Part shown: positions 1 to 7,911 of the stretch, piece by piece | Numbering within the stretch: the stretch's first letter is position 1 | Layout of the letters: each line of letters starts with the position of its first letter | Position numbers and translations under genes: made by a program | Notes under the pieces: generated by a model | Told to the model about the DNA's origin: nothing | The model's database searches: none | What the model saw: the letters and a program-made list of their open reading frames with translations, nothing else | IMG/VR virus record: IMGVR_UViG_3300031454_000009 | Span: 1-48,272 of that record | Direction: 5' to 3' (one strand) | From: a virus | Taxonomy: Duplodnaviria; Caudoviricetes | DNA: 48,272 bases

Positions 1-84
1 GGCGGCGTCCCCGGTGCCGAACTGCACCACTATGGGGCCAGACGGTGCGAGAGGATTGGCAGCGGGGGCGGGTTGGGTCTGCAC
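1..84 (-). CDS. First gene of the leftward early operon (partial, runs off the window)
   Basis: GTG at 84 preceded by AGGAG on the minus strand; reads MQTQPAPAANPLAPSGPIVVQFGTGDAA with no stop. Confidence 0.55.
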   Translation of the reverse strand, partial: MQTQPAPAANPLAPSGPIVVQFGTGDAA

Positions 85-116
85 TGGCGTTGCTCCTGCC
101 GGGGATCGGCTAGGGG

Positions 117-146
117 CATATGACAGGATTTCTGTTAGGCGGTCAA
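117..146 (-). promoter_or_regulatory. PL-like leftward early promoter
   Basis: Minus strand TTGACC-18 nt-CATATG with an operator in the spacer; same layout as the PR-like promoter. Confidence 0.55.
121..137. promoter_or_regulatory. Operator OL1 (17-bp imperfect palindrome)
   Basis: TGACAGGATTTCTGTTA; its reverse complement TAACAGAAATCCTGTCA matches 737-753 at 16/17. Confidence 0.85.
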
Positions 147-152
147 GGACTA

Positions 153-169
153 TAACAGAAAAAATGTCA
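153..169. promoter_or_regulatory. Operator OL2
   Basis: TAACAGAAAAAATGTCA, same consensus TAACAG-N5-(C/A)TGTCA. Confidence 0.75.
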
Positions 170-215
170 CTCGTAGATAGGCGACCTGTTAGGGTTGCAT
201 CTGGCCACCGCAGAT

Positions 216-230
216 GTTCGTATAATGTTC
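216..230. promoter_or_regulatory. Alphaproteobacterial LexA (SOS) box overlapping a TATAAT hexamer
   Basis: GTTC-GTATAAT-GTTC, an exact GTTC-N7-GTTC, intergenic. Confidence 0.75.
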
Positions 231-276
231 CGGCGCAGCCTCAAGAATGAGCGGCGGATGAGGGTAGGGAGACGCC

Positions 277-477
277 ATGGGGCCTTGGAACCGCGTCAGT
301 CGCTGGCCGGCACCTTCTTACGGGGCCGCCCGCGTTTTGCCCCCTGGGCCGCCCCCGGAGCCGCCGGCTCATTGGATTGAGCCTGGTTCGCCAGCCGTTC
401 AACCAAGGCCGTCAGCCGGATGCCGGTCGCCATCGGCAAGTGATCTGCCACGCCCCGGTAAAGCCAGTCCAGGTTGA
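277..477 (+). CDS. Candidate small Pro-rich ORF antisense to the repressor 3' end
   Basis: AGGGAG 5 nt before the ATG; downstream of the LexA box/TATAAT; may be a shadow ORF. Confidence 0.25.
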   Translation: MGPWNRVSRWPAPSYGAARVLPPGPPPEPPAHWIEPGSPAVQPRPSAGCRSPSASDLPRPGKASPG

Positions 478-667
478 GTTTTAGCTCGTCCGCGAGCTTG
501 GCGGCCTTGCTAACGGGTGGAAGGTTGTAGCCGTTCAACCAGTTAGAGACGGCGTTGCGCTCGGCACCCGCAAGATCGGCCAGCGCCTGCACATCGGGCA
601 ACCGGGCATCGAGCATGATCGCCCGTAGGCGTCTGGCAACGGCAGTCGGAGAGGTGGGGTCTTCCAT
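296..667 (-). CDS. CI-like immunity repressor, XRE HTH only (123 aa, no S24 peptidase domain)
   Basis: VARRLRAIM..QALADLAGAERNAVSNWLNGYNLPP..LNLDWLYRG; divergent from cro; start moved to 667 because the listed start at 754 overlaps the operator. Confidence 0.88.
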   Translation of the reverse strand: MEDPTSPTAVARRLRAIMLDARLPDVQALADLAGAERNAVSNWLNGYNLPPVSKAAKLADELKLNLDWLYRGVADHLPMATGIRLTALVERLANQAQSNEPAAPGAAQGAKRGRPRKKVPASD

Positions 668-728
668 GATGAAATAGGTGCCGCAGCTTAGCTGGCAGCG
701 CACGCCAGACGTTCTGGCAACATGCCCC

Positions 729-757
729 TTGCATGATAACAGAAATGCTGTCATTTA
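729..757 (+). promoter_or_regulatory. PR-like promoter, probably giving a leaderless cro mRNA
   Basis: TTGCAT-17-CATTTA, ATG 7 nt later, no Shine-Dalgarno. Confidence 0.5.
737..753. promoter_or_regulatory. Operator OR
   Basis: TAACAGAAATGCTGTCA between the -35 and -10 of PR. Confidence 0.85.
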
Positions 758-763
758 TGCTGA

Positions 764-1006
764 ATGACAGCGACAGAGATCATCATCGCCGTGGGCGGCC
801 GGAACCGGGTGGCGGAGCTGACGGGCGCAAAGCGCAACGCGGTGACGCAGTGGTATAAGGCCGGCATCCCTTCGAAGTTCTGGCCGGACCTGCTGGCGGA
901 AGCTGAACGGCTTGAGGTTGCGAGCGTCACGGTGGACGCCCTTCGAGGCACGCATCGCCCGCGTCGTCCCCAGCTCGCGCTTGAAGCGCAGCCGGTAGCT
1001 GCCTGA
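764..1006 (+). CDS. Cro-like HTH protein
   Basis: EIIIAVGGRNRVAELTGAKRNAVTQWYKAGIPSKFW; divergent from the repressor, similar recognition helix (RNAVxxW). Confidence 0.88.
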   Translation: MTATEIIIAVGGRNRVAELTGAKRNAVTQWYKAGIPSKFWPDLLAEAERLEVASVTVDALRGTHRPRRPQLALEAQPVAA

Positions 1007-1008
1007 TG

Positions 1009-1404
1009 TCAGCGCCCAATGGCCGCAGCCTTCATCTGCGCTGCCGTTACACCGCTTTGAGTGGCCAGGCTGGCGAACTCTCGCACGGCCGCGGTGCATC
1101 CGGGCGCCCCTGGCTTCAGCCCCGCCTGCCGCGCTTCCGCCGCGCCGCGCTCCAAGGCGGTTGTAGCGTTCCTGGCCTCGGCGGCGCTCAGATAGGCGAA
1201 TGCCCGGTCCATAGCCTTCCCCAGCACGAGTTCCGTCTGCTGCGGCAGCAAACCGCAATAGGCGGCGCTTTCGCTGATCCGGCCGGCGTTCTGCAATTCC
1301 CGGAGCCGTGCAGTATCGGTCGGCAGGTCGTCTTGCGTCTGCGCCCGTACGACGCCCGCGCACAGCAGCGCCACCGCTATCCATCGCAGCAACCCATCCT
1401 CCAT
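1009..1404 (-). CDS. Exported hypothetical protein (signal peptide, two Cys in the mature part)
   Basis: LLRWIAVALLCAGVVRAQ signal-like N-terminus; convergent with cro. Confidence 0.6.
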   Translation of the reverse strand: MEDGLLRWIAVALLCAGVVRAQTQDDLPTDTARLRELQNAGRISESAAYCGLLPQQTELVLGKAMDRAFAYLSAAEARNATTALERGAAEARQAGLKPGAPGCTAAVREFASLATQSGVTAAQMKAAAIGR

Positions 1405-1460
1405 CCCGACTTCGCCCGCACCCTACCCCGCCGGCCCCTGCTGTCCACGGAGAGGGCCGC

Positions 1461-1676
1461 ATGAACCGCGCCTGGCTTCACGACATGCAGGCCCGCCACG
1501 CTCGCGGCGAGCTGGTGCGGCCCGCTGCGGACCCGGCACCGTCGCCTGCCGATCCGCTCCCCAACAATCTTGGCCCGATGCCGCTGCCGGACCGCATGTT
1601 GTTTCTGTTCGCAGCCGCGTGCCTGCTGGCGGCGGCCGCCGGGTCCGCCGCCCTGGCGCTGGGCTGGCTGCCGTGA
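1461..1676 (+). CDS. Small membrane protein
   Basis: GGAGAGG RBS; C-terminal hydrophobic helix. Confidence 0.65.
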   Translation: MNRAWLHDMQARHARGELVRPAADPAPSPADPLPNNLGPMPLPDRMLFLFAAACLLAAAAGSAALALGWLP

Positions 1677-1879
1677 CGACGCGCAACCGCGGGTTGCCGA
1701 TGCACCCGGTCACGGCCGGCGTGCACGACGCTGCGCTGCTTGAGTGGGAGGCGGCCGGCGTCCTGCAACGCCAAATGGCCCGGCGGCTGGGCTGCTCGCA
1801 GGGCACGGTCTGCAATCGCCTCGCGTTCCTGCGCGGCGGCTGGGCGGCGCCGGCTGATGCCGGGATGGAGGCGTCCTGA
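1673..1879 (+). CDS. Small HTH protein
   Basis: GTGA overlap; QRQMARRLGCSQGTVCNRL. Confidence 0.7.
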   Translation: MTTRNRGLPMHPVTAGVHDAALLEWEAAGVLQRQMARRLGCSQGTVCNRLAFLRGGWAAPADAGMEAS

Positions 1880-2016
1880 TGCGCGACCCCGCCCGGCGCG
1901 ACGACCTCGACGCGGCCCGCGGCATCGTCAACGCCGTGATGCTGACGGTGGCGGGCGCCTTGCTGGGCGTGCTGCTGGTGCCGCTGGTGTTCATCATCTG
2001 CGGGGGCTGGCGGTGA
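1879..2016 (+). CDS. 45-aa membrane peptide (not in the ORF track)
   Basis: TGATG coupling, GGAGG RBS; MRDPARRDDLDAARGIVNAVMLTVAGALLGVLLVPLVFIICGGWR. Confidence 0.65.
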   Translation: MRDPARRDDLDAARGIVNAVMLTVAGALLGVLLVPLVFIICGGWR

Positions 2017-3026
2017 GCGGTCGGCCGCACACGGCGCAGAGCCGCGCCAAGCTGTCCGAGATCGGCAAGACGCGGGCACAGACGCCAGAGACGCGCGCCA
2101 AGCTGGCGGCGGCGCGACTGGGCAAAACTCATACGGCGGAGTCCCGCGCGATCATGTCGGCCGCCCGCAAGGGCAAGCCGTCGCCGAACAAGGGGCGCAC
2201 GGCATCGGACGCCACGCGGGCGGCGCTGTCGGCGGCGGCGAAGGCACGCTGGGCCGATCCCTCCCACCGCGCCGTCATGCTGGCTGCGATCAAGCCAGTG
2301 TCGCACGTCCGGCCGCCGTCAACTTGGACGCCGGAGCGCATCGCGCGGCTGCGGGACCTGTGGCCGGACGTGTCGCTGTCCGCGGCCGACATTGGACGTG
2401 ACCTGGGCGCCAGCAAGGGCGCCGTCGTGTGCAAGGCTCGGCGCATGGGACTGCCGGCCCGGCCGTCGCCGCTGTCCGCCGCATCGCCGACCCGCAACCG
2501 CGGCGGCAACGGCGGACGCCCCCATACGCCGGAGACGAAGGAGAGATTGCGGCAGATGGCCCTGGCGCGCGCGCCGATGCCGGGGCGCGGCCAGGCCATC
2601 AAGGCTGGGATGCCGGTATCCTGGACGCCGGAGCGGCTGGACCTGCTGCGGGCGCTGTGGCCGCGCCTGGACATGACCATGCCGCAAATCGTCGCTCGGG
2701 TGGGGCTGGGCCGCAGCACCATCAATCGCAAGGTGCGCGAGATGGCCTTGCCGCCGCGCCGTGCTGCCAAGGGCGAAGGCAAGGCGAGACCGTCGCGCGC
2801 TGTGCAGCCGGTCGTCATCAAGCAGGCGCCGGCCATAGAGGCGATCCCGCTGCCGCCGGACGGTGGCACGACGGGCGAGGGCGGCTGCCGCTTCCCGCTG
2901 TGGCCATCCGGCCCGGTGCCGAAGCCGGCGCTGTTCTGCGGCCAGCCGCGGGCACGCGCCCGGTCGTACTGCCCGTGCCACGTCGCCGTGTGCTTCACGC
3001 CGCGTCGGCTGGCGGAGGCGGCGTAG
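2013..3026 (+). CDS. GcrA-like regulator with NUMOD3 repeats and a duplicated GcrA N-terminal domain
   Basis: HT(A/P)E(S/T)(R/K) repeats; WTPERIARLRDLW..SAADIGRDLGASKGAVVCKARRMGL and a second WTPERLDLLRALW; C-terminal CRFPLW..FCGQP..SYCPCH. Confidence 0.8.
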   Translation: MSGRPHTAQSRAKLSEIGKTRAQTPETRAKLAAARLGKTHTAESRAIMSAARKGKPSPNKGRTASDATRAALSAAAKARWADPSHRAVMLAAIKPVSHVRPPSTWTPERIARLRDLWPDVSLSAADIGRDLGASKGAVVCKARRMGLPARPSPLSAASPTRNRGGNGGRPHTPETKERLRQMALARAPMPGRGQAIKAGMPVSWTPERLDLLRALWPRLDMTMPQIVARVGLGRSTINRKVREMALPPRRAAKGEGKARPSRAVQPVVIKQAPAIEAIPLPPDGGTTGEGGCRFPLWPSGPVPKPALFCGQPRARARSYCPCHVAVCFTPRRLAEAA

Positions 3027-3173
3027 ATGGCGAACTGCTGCACGCTGGAGCATATCGCGCTGGGCGTGGCCTGCGGGCCGTGCATTGAGATCGTCGCCGC
3101 CTTCGAGCGCGCGGCCACAGAGGCTGGGCTGCGGCCCGGCGTGACGGACGTGCCTGCGATGGAGGCGACATAA
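3027..3173 (+). CDS. 48-aa Cys-containing hypothetical protein
   Basis: GGAGG RBS; fills the gap; TAATG coupling to the next gene. Confidence 0.55.
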   Translation: MANCCTLEHIALGVACGPCIEIVAAFERAATEAGLRPGVTDVPAMEAT

Positions 3174-3820
3174 TGGCGGAAAGTCGTGAGGCAAATGCCG
3201 CCCGGCAACGCCGACTTAGGGCAGATAATCCGGGATACAGCGCCGCTAAGAACCATGCCTGGAATGCGGCTAACCCTGAAAAGCGTGCTGCTCATAGGTA
3301 TGTCGAAAAAGCAGTGCGAGTTGGCGCTTTGACTCGAGTGCCATGTGAGCGTTGCGGGACAAATGTTCGTGTTCACGCGCACCACGATGATTACGCGCTT
3401 CCGCTTTCGGTGATGTGGCTTTGTCAATTGCATCATAAAGAACGGCACCGGGAATTGGATGGAGGGGCAACACCAGAGGCTCGTCCGCAGCCTACGGTCA
3501 TCTCTATTGGCAAGAAGTCTGGTCTGCCAAAGGGCGTGTCTATCAACGAAGGGAAGTTTCGAGCTTCCGTCTGGAATGGCGTCAAAACAATCAGCGTGGG
3601 CACCTTCGCCACTGTTGAGAAGGCGCAAGCTGCGGTTGATACGTCGCAGCTTGGATATCCTGGCGTTCGCAGGACCAAAGCCGGCCCGGCGTTGACGCGC
3701 CAGGCCGGCTCTTTTGGGTTGGGTGAGATCACTGCTGGAGGTCCGGTTCGCATCGGAACCGACCATGCAGGACAGGCCCGATGCACACAACGAAACGGAT
3801 GGGGACGAGCGTCCCCATGA
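3173..3820 (+). CDS. HNH-like nuclease domain plus AP2-like DNA-binding domain
   Basis: PCERCG..HAHHDDY..VMWLCQLHH; SGLPKGVS..GKFRASV..VGTFATVEKAQAA; lower GC. Confidence 0.75.
   Translation: MAESREANAARQRRLRADNPGYSAAKNHAWNAANPEKRAAHRYVEKAVRVGALTRVPCERCGTNVRVHAHHDDYALPLSVMWLCQLHHKERHRELDGGATPEARPQPTVISIGKKSGLPKGVSINEGKFRASVWNGVKTISVGTFATVEKAQAAVDTSQLGYPGVRRTKAGPALTRQAGSFGLGEITAGGPVRIGTDHAGQARCTQRNGWGRASP
3679..3715 (+). terminator. tR1-like intrinsic terminator
   Basis: AGCCGGCC..GGCCGGCT stem followed by CTTTT. Confidence 0.55.
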
Positions 3821-4218
3821 CCCACGCGGAACAGTTCACGGCGGACCTGTGCGCCGCCTATGACGGCCCGCACGCGGCCAAGGTCATGGCGCGCGCCTGG
3901 AACGCCGGGCTGGAAGCCTGCCGAGCTTGGCGCAAGCAACGGCGGGCCATGTCGTTCGACCAGGCGGTGGAAGCGGCGGCGCGGGACGAACAGGCAATGA
4001 CGGCGCTCCTGGCGCGCGTCGCAGCAGCGAGGGCACGGAATGCGGAATTGCAGGCGGCGGTTCGCCAGGGCGCGCATGTGGACGTGGGCGCGGGTATCGC
4101 ACGCGGCGGTTTGGGTCTCGGAGTTCGCGGGCCGGCGGGCGGACCGGGCCAGGATTGCGGCGGCGCGGCTGCTGCGGCGGTAGAGCGGCGCTTAAGCGAG
4201 CGGCGGGGGCGGTCGTGA
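3781..4218 (+). CDS. Putative DNA-binding protein at a CII-like position
   Basis: HAAKVMARAWNAGLEACRAW resembles an HTH; follows the terminator. Confidence 0.45.
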   Translation: MHTTKRMGTSVPMTHAEQFTADLCAAYDGPHAAKVMARAWNAGLEACRAWRKQRRAMSFDQAVEAAARDEQAMTALLARVAAARARNAELQAAVRQGAHVDVGAGIARGGLGLGVRGPAGGPGQDCGGAAAAAVERRLSERRGRS

Positions 4219-4382
4219 TGCGTCACTACAACCTCGTCCCTGCCGCGATCTTCGGCGCGATCCTTCTCTGCGGCGTTATGGCCGGGTTGCTGATCTCAGC
4301 ACGCCGCGAGTTGTGGTGCATGCAGACTCCAACCTGTCTGCATCAGATCGTCCACGATGAAGTCGCGCGGGGTGTGCGATGA
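4218..4382 (+). CDS. Small membrane protein
   Basis: TGATG coupling; one TM helix. Confidence 0.6.
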   Translation: MRHYNLVPAAIFGAILLCGVMAGLLISARRELWCMQTPTCLHQIVHDEVARGVR

Positions 4383-4939
4383 CCTGGCGATACACCACCG
4401 ACTGGACGCGGTGCGTGCGCGTCTGGCGCTGGTTCGCCCATCCAGGCCCGGCGCAGCGCGCCATCGCGTTGTCCATCGCGTGCGGCGGACTGTCGGGCGC
4501 TGCGCTGCCGGCCGCGCCTGCCGCGCCCGCGCTGCCGTGGATCGGGGCGCCGGGTTGGGTTCAAAGCGCGCTGCCGTTCGGGCCGGGCGGGTATGGGCCG
4601 GGGTTCGGCGGCGGATACGGATACGCAGGTGGCCAGTGGAGTAGGCCAATAACCTCCTCGCCACCATCCGCCTTGGTCCCCGGCGGGCTGCCTGCGGTGG
4701 GGACCGCTTACGAGGTTCCGGCGATGCTGGGGGTGCCACAAAGGGCGACCCTGGCCTTGTCGGTAGGTGCCGGGCCTGCGGGGTCGCTCCCCATCCCGGC
4801 AGAGGGCGGCGCGTCGCCCCCGAGGGGTGGAAGGCCCCTGCCTACGTCCGACACGCCGACCGACGTGCCGTGCCCGCCTGGCGTGGCCATGATCGCGGTG
4901 GCGCTGGCGGGGCTTGCGGTGAGGAGGCGGTGGGGATGA
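4379..4939 (+). CDS. Pro/Gly-rich protein with a PEP-CTERM-like tail
   Basis: Ends TPTDVPCPPGVAMIAVALAGLAVRRRWG (VPxP, TM helix, Arg cluster). Confidence 0.65.
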   Translation: MTWRYTTDWTRCVRVWRWFAHPGPAQRAIALSIACGGLSGAALPAAPAAPALPWIGAPGWVQSALPFGPGGYGPGFGGGYGYAGGQWSRPITSSPPSALVPGGLPAVGTAYEVPAMLGVPQRATLALSVGAGPAGSLPIPAEGGASPPRGGRPLPTSDTPTDVPCPPGVAMIAVALAGLAVRRRWG

Positions 4940-5466
4940 AAGCGTCAGGATATGCGCGGGCTGAGGCTGACTGGTATCAAGAGCCAGCCTGGGTCGTGAA
5001 TGCCTTGCTTGACCGGGAGCGCTTCACCGGCCTGTCCTGGGACCCGTCCTGCGGCGGCGGCACGATCCCCGAAGCTATGCTGGCACGCGGACTACCCTGC
5101 TACGGGTCTGACTTGGCGGACCGCGGCTACGGCAGGACCGGCGTGGACTTCTTTAGCACGACCAAGTCTACGGACAACATCGTTACCAACCCGCCTTACG
5201 GCGTGATCGAACCCTACATCCGGCACGCATTGACGCTGGCACGCAGCAAGGTCGCGATCCTGGCCCGGCTGGCGCTGCTCGAAAGCACGCGGCGGCAGGC
5301 GCTGTTCCGGGAGACGCCCCTTGCTCGCGTGTGGGTGTCGCACAGGCGGGTGTCCATGCCGCCGGGTGGAACCGATGTTCCAGCGAGCGGGGGGACTGTG
5401 GCGTATGCGTGGTTCGTCTGGGATCACTCGCATGTTAGCGCGCCGGTGATCGGATGGCTGCCGTGA
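4936..5466 (+). CDS. Phage amino-methyltransferase (probably N6-adenine DNA methylase)
   Basis: WDPSCGGG SAM motif and IVTNPPY catalytic motif. Confidence 0.88.
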   Translation: MKASGYARAEADWYQEPAWVVNALLDRERFTGLSWDPSCGGGTIPEAMLARGLPCYGSDLADRGYGRTGVDFFSTTKSTDNIVTNPPYGVIEPYIRHALTLARSKVAILARLALLESTRRQALFRETPLARVWVSHRRVSMPPGGTDVPASGGTVAYAWFVWDHSHVSAPVIGWLP

Positions 5467-5521
5467 CCCCCCGCGCCATGCGCTGGCTGCTGGGCTTCTT
5501 CATGGTCATTGGAGACGTATA

Positions 5522-6157
5522 ATGCCGATCCAGCCAGTGGCTAATCTGCCTTCCGTAGCCGTTTTGCGCGATCTCTTCTTCTATGATGCTGACTTAGGAT
5601 GGTTGCGGCTGAACAAAAGCCGAGGCAATCGCAAGCGGGGCGCACGTATCGGCAATACAACTCGCACCGGGTATCGCCATGTGAGATTCTCGGGCAACAA
5701 AGCTGTCGCAGAACATAGAATAATCTGGGCTGTAGTGCATGGCGCTTGGCCTGAGTTGACTATCGATCATATAAACGGGAATCGTTCTGATAATAGACTG
5801 GCAAACCTTCGTCTCGCCACAATGCATCAGCAGGGAGGAAACAGAAGTCTGCAAAAGAATAACGTTTCTGGGTTTAGAGGCGTTAGCAAGAAGCGTAATG
5901 CATTCCGCGCCAAAATCTATGTGAGACGTAAGTGCATTCATCTGGGATTGTTCCCGACCGCAGAGGAAGCCAGCGCCGCACATACCGCGGCGCTGCACAA
6001 GTACTTCGGTGAGTTCGCTAGTACTCGGGCAACGGGACACTTGCCACAGGTCCGCGCCGGGCTGGCGGCGGGCGAGGGGCGCGAGGCGATGGCCGCAGAG
6101 GTGTCCGAGCTGGCGGTGCGGTGCGGTCGGGTGCTGGACGGGGGCGCGCAAGAATGA
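5522..6157 (+). CDS. HNH homing endonuclease with AP2 domain
   Basis: [22 protein letters not shown]; [20 protein letters not shown]. Confidence 0.9.
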   Translation: MPIQPVANLPSVAVLRDLFFYDADLGWLRLNKSRGNRKRGARIGNTTRTGYRHVRFSGNKAVAEHRIIWAVVHGAWPELTIDHINGNRSDNRLANLRLATMHQQGGNRSLQKNNVSGFRGVSKKRNAFRAKIYVRRKCIHLGLFPTAEEASAAHTAALHKYFGEFASTRATGHLPQVRAGLAAGEGREAMAAEVSELAVRCGRVLDGGAQE

Positions 6158-6630
6158 GCTATCCTGTAGATCACAAAGGCACTTTGCCCGAACGCTTCTT
6201 TGCCAAATGGATGCCTGAACCGAACAGCGGTTGTCATCTTTGGCTCGGCACGGGCAACAAGCAAGGGTACGGCACCATCAGTTCCAAGGGCCGCAACATG
6301 CCAGCTACGCATGTTGCCTTGGAGTTGTCTGGACGCCGGAATAGTGGCGGAATGTTTGCCTGCCACCACTGTGACAATCCGAGTTGCGTGAACCCTGCTC
6401 ACTTATTCTGGGGAACTGCTGCGGACAATGCCAATGACGCAGCAAAGAAGCTACGCCTTCATAACAGATATCAAGCCGGAAAGACACATTGCGCCCAAGG
6501 TCACAAGTACAGTCCCGACAATACACGCACGAGGTTGCGGCGCGGAAGTGTCACGCGAGTATGCATCATATGCGCGAAGCAACGCACGGCGCAATGGATG
6601 CGTATGCAAAGGGCTAGCGATGCCTTTTGA
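6154..6630 (+). CDS. HNH endonuclease
   Basis: [47 protein letters not shown]. Confidence 0.9.
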   Translation: MSYPVDHKGTLPERFFAKWMPEPNSGCHLWLGTGNKQGYGTISSKGRNMPATHVALELSGRRNSGGMFACHHCDNPSCVNPAHLFWGTAADNANDAAKKLRLHNRYQAGKTHCAQGHKYSPDNTRTRLRRGSVTRVCIICAKQRTAQWMRMQRASDAF

Positions 6631-7030
6631 TCTTTTAACCATCCATGTCCCTGGCGATATCCGCGGCAAGGGCCGGCCGCGGTTCGGGGGCGGACGCACC
6701 TATACGGATGCCAAGACGCTGAACGCGGAAGCCTGGGTGCGGCACTGCGCCGTCCAGGCCGTTGGCCAGCCGTGCCTAGAAGGGCCGCTAAGCCTGCTTG
6801 TGGGCATCACCGTGGGCATCCCGGCATCATGGTCCAAGCGCAAGCAGACGGCTGCGCTGGCGGGTCTGCTGCGTCCGACCGGCAAGCCCGATGCCGACAA
6901 CACGCTCAAACTGCTGGCGGACGCGCTGAACAAGGTCGTGTGGCGCGATGACAGCCAGCTCGTAGATGTGCGGGTCCACAAGTTCTACGGGCGCGAGCCT
7001 GGCGCGGTGCTGGAGATCGGCACGCTATGA
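6620..7030 (+). CDS. rusA: RusA-family Holliday junction resolvase
   Basis: [34 protein letters not shown]. Confidence 0.92.
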   Translation: MPFDLLTIHVPGDIRGKGRPRFGGGRTYTDAKTLNAEAWVRHCAVQAVGQPCLEGPLSLLVGITVGIPASWSKRKQTAALAGLLRPTGKPDADNTLKLLADALNKVVWRDDSQLVDVRVHKFYGREPGAVLEIGTL

Positions 7031-7491
7031 CCGCCCGCACCCGCCGGATGCCGCCCAAGCCGAGCGCTGCGCACCTGCGCATGGCCGCTGCCATGTTCGC
7101 ACCGCCGCCGCGCAACCCGGCGCCCGCGCTGGACCTGGTGTGGCGCGGGCGCCTGTCACTCAACCCCGGCGGGCACGTCGGCGGCGAACTGCGGAACGCG
7201 CATGACTGGATACTGCACATCCAAGGCAACGTGGTGTCGGCGCGGTGCTTGGCGCTGCGGCTGTTCGTGGCCCATGTCGGCATCCTTTTGGTTCAGGCCG
7301 ACGACCTCGGCATTACGGCGGACCTGACAGAGCAAGTCGGCGGTTCGTGGCCACTGCTGATGTGGCTGGGAAATGACGGCGGCTGGGTTGGCACCGTCAC
7401 CGGCCCGTCCTGGCGGCTGGCCATCGTTGGGACGCGAACGGGTGCGGGGCGGTTGGGGCTGGTAGCCGCGGTGGAGGGGCTGGGGGCATGA
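7027..7491 (+). CDS. Hypothetical protein
   Basis: ATGA-coupled on both sides. Confidence 0.65.
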   Translation: MTARTRRMPPKPSAAHLRMAAAMFAPPPRNPAPALDLVWRGRLSLNPGGHVGGELRNAHDWILHIQGNVVSARCLALRLFVAHVGILLVQADDLGITADLTEQVGGSWPLLMWLGNDGGWVGTVTGPSWRLAIVGTRTGAGRLGLVAAVEGLGA

Positions 7492-7637
7492 GCCGGTTCC
7501 TGATGCGAGACGAGGATGGAAATGCCTGCTCGAAATGCGGCGGGTCCGGCGTGCTTCGTAACCTAGCGACGCTATCGCCGTCCGACGATGAACCCTGCCC
7601 TTGCACGCAGGATGACGAGGCGGACGATGATGAATAG
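7488..7637 (+). CDS. 49-aa acidic Zn-finger-like protein (not in the ORF track)
   Basis: MSRFLMRDEDGNACSKCGGSG..PCPCTQDDEADDDE; GGAGG upstream. Confidence 0.6.
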   Translation: MSRFLMRDEDGNACSKCGGSGVLRNLATLSPSDDEPCPCTQDDEADDDE

Positions 7638-7911
7638 CGACGCCCTCCCCGCCACCGCCCACGGCTGGCTCCGCCGCCCCGAAGCTGCCGGTCGGCACGC
7701 TGCTGACCGTGCCGCGGGGGTGCGTGCCGGTGGTCGCGCGGAGCGGGGCGGTGGTGAGCGTGGGGACGCGGCGCGAGGGGGTAAAGCCTTGATGCGCAGG
7801 GCGGATTCGGGGTATGTTTTAGATTGCCGCGCCGACAACTGCGCGGTGGGGACCGGCGACGCTTGCGACGCCTCCGGCCCCCTGGACACCACCATGCTCT
7901 TGAAGGGGCAC

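Noticed and set aside
668-754. N-terminal extension of the repressor (listed start 754)
   Set aside because: Overlaps the OR operator and PR; HTH-like sequence begins after Met at 667
1740-2012. Longer start for the GcrA-like ORF
   Set aside because: Occupied by two coupled small genes; GTG 2013 overlaps the preceding stop
2129-3790. 553-aa minus-strand ORF and similar long antisense ORFs (30409..31731, 33166..34239)
   Set aside because: Shadows of well-supported + strand genes in GC-rich DNA; no motifs
7588-7911. N-terminal extension of the CoiA-like gene
   Set aside because: Low-complexity translation; region holds a promoter and structured leader
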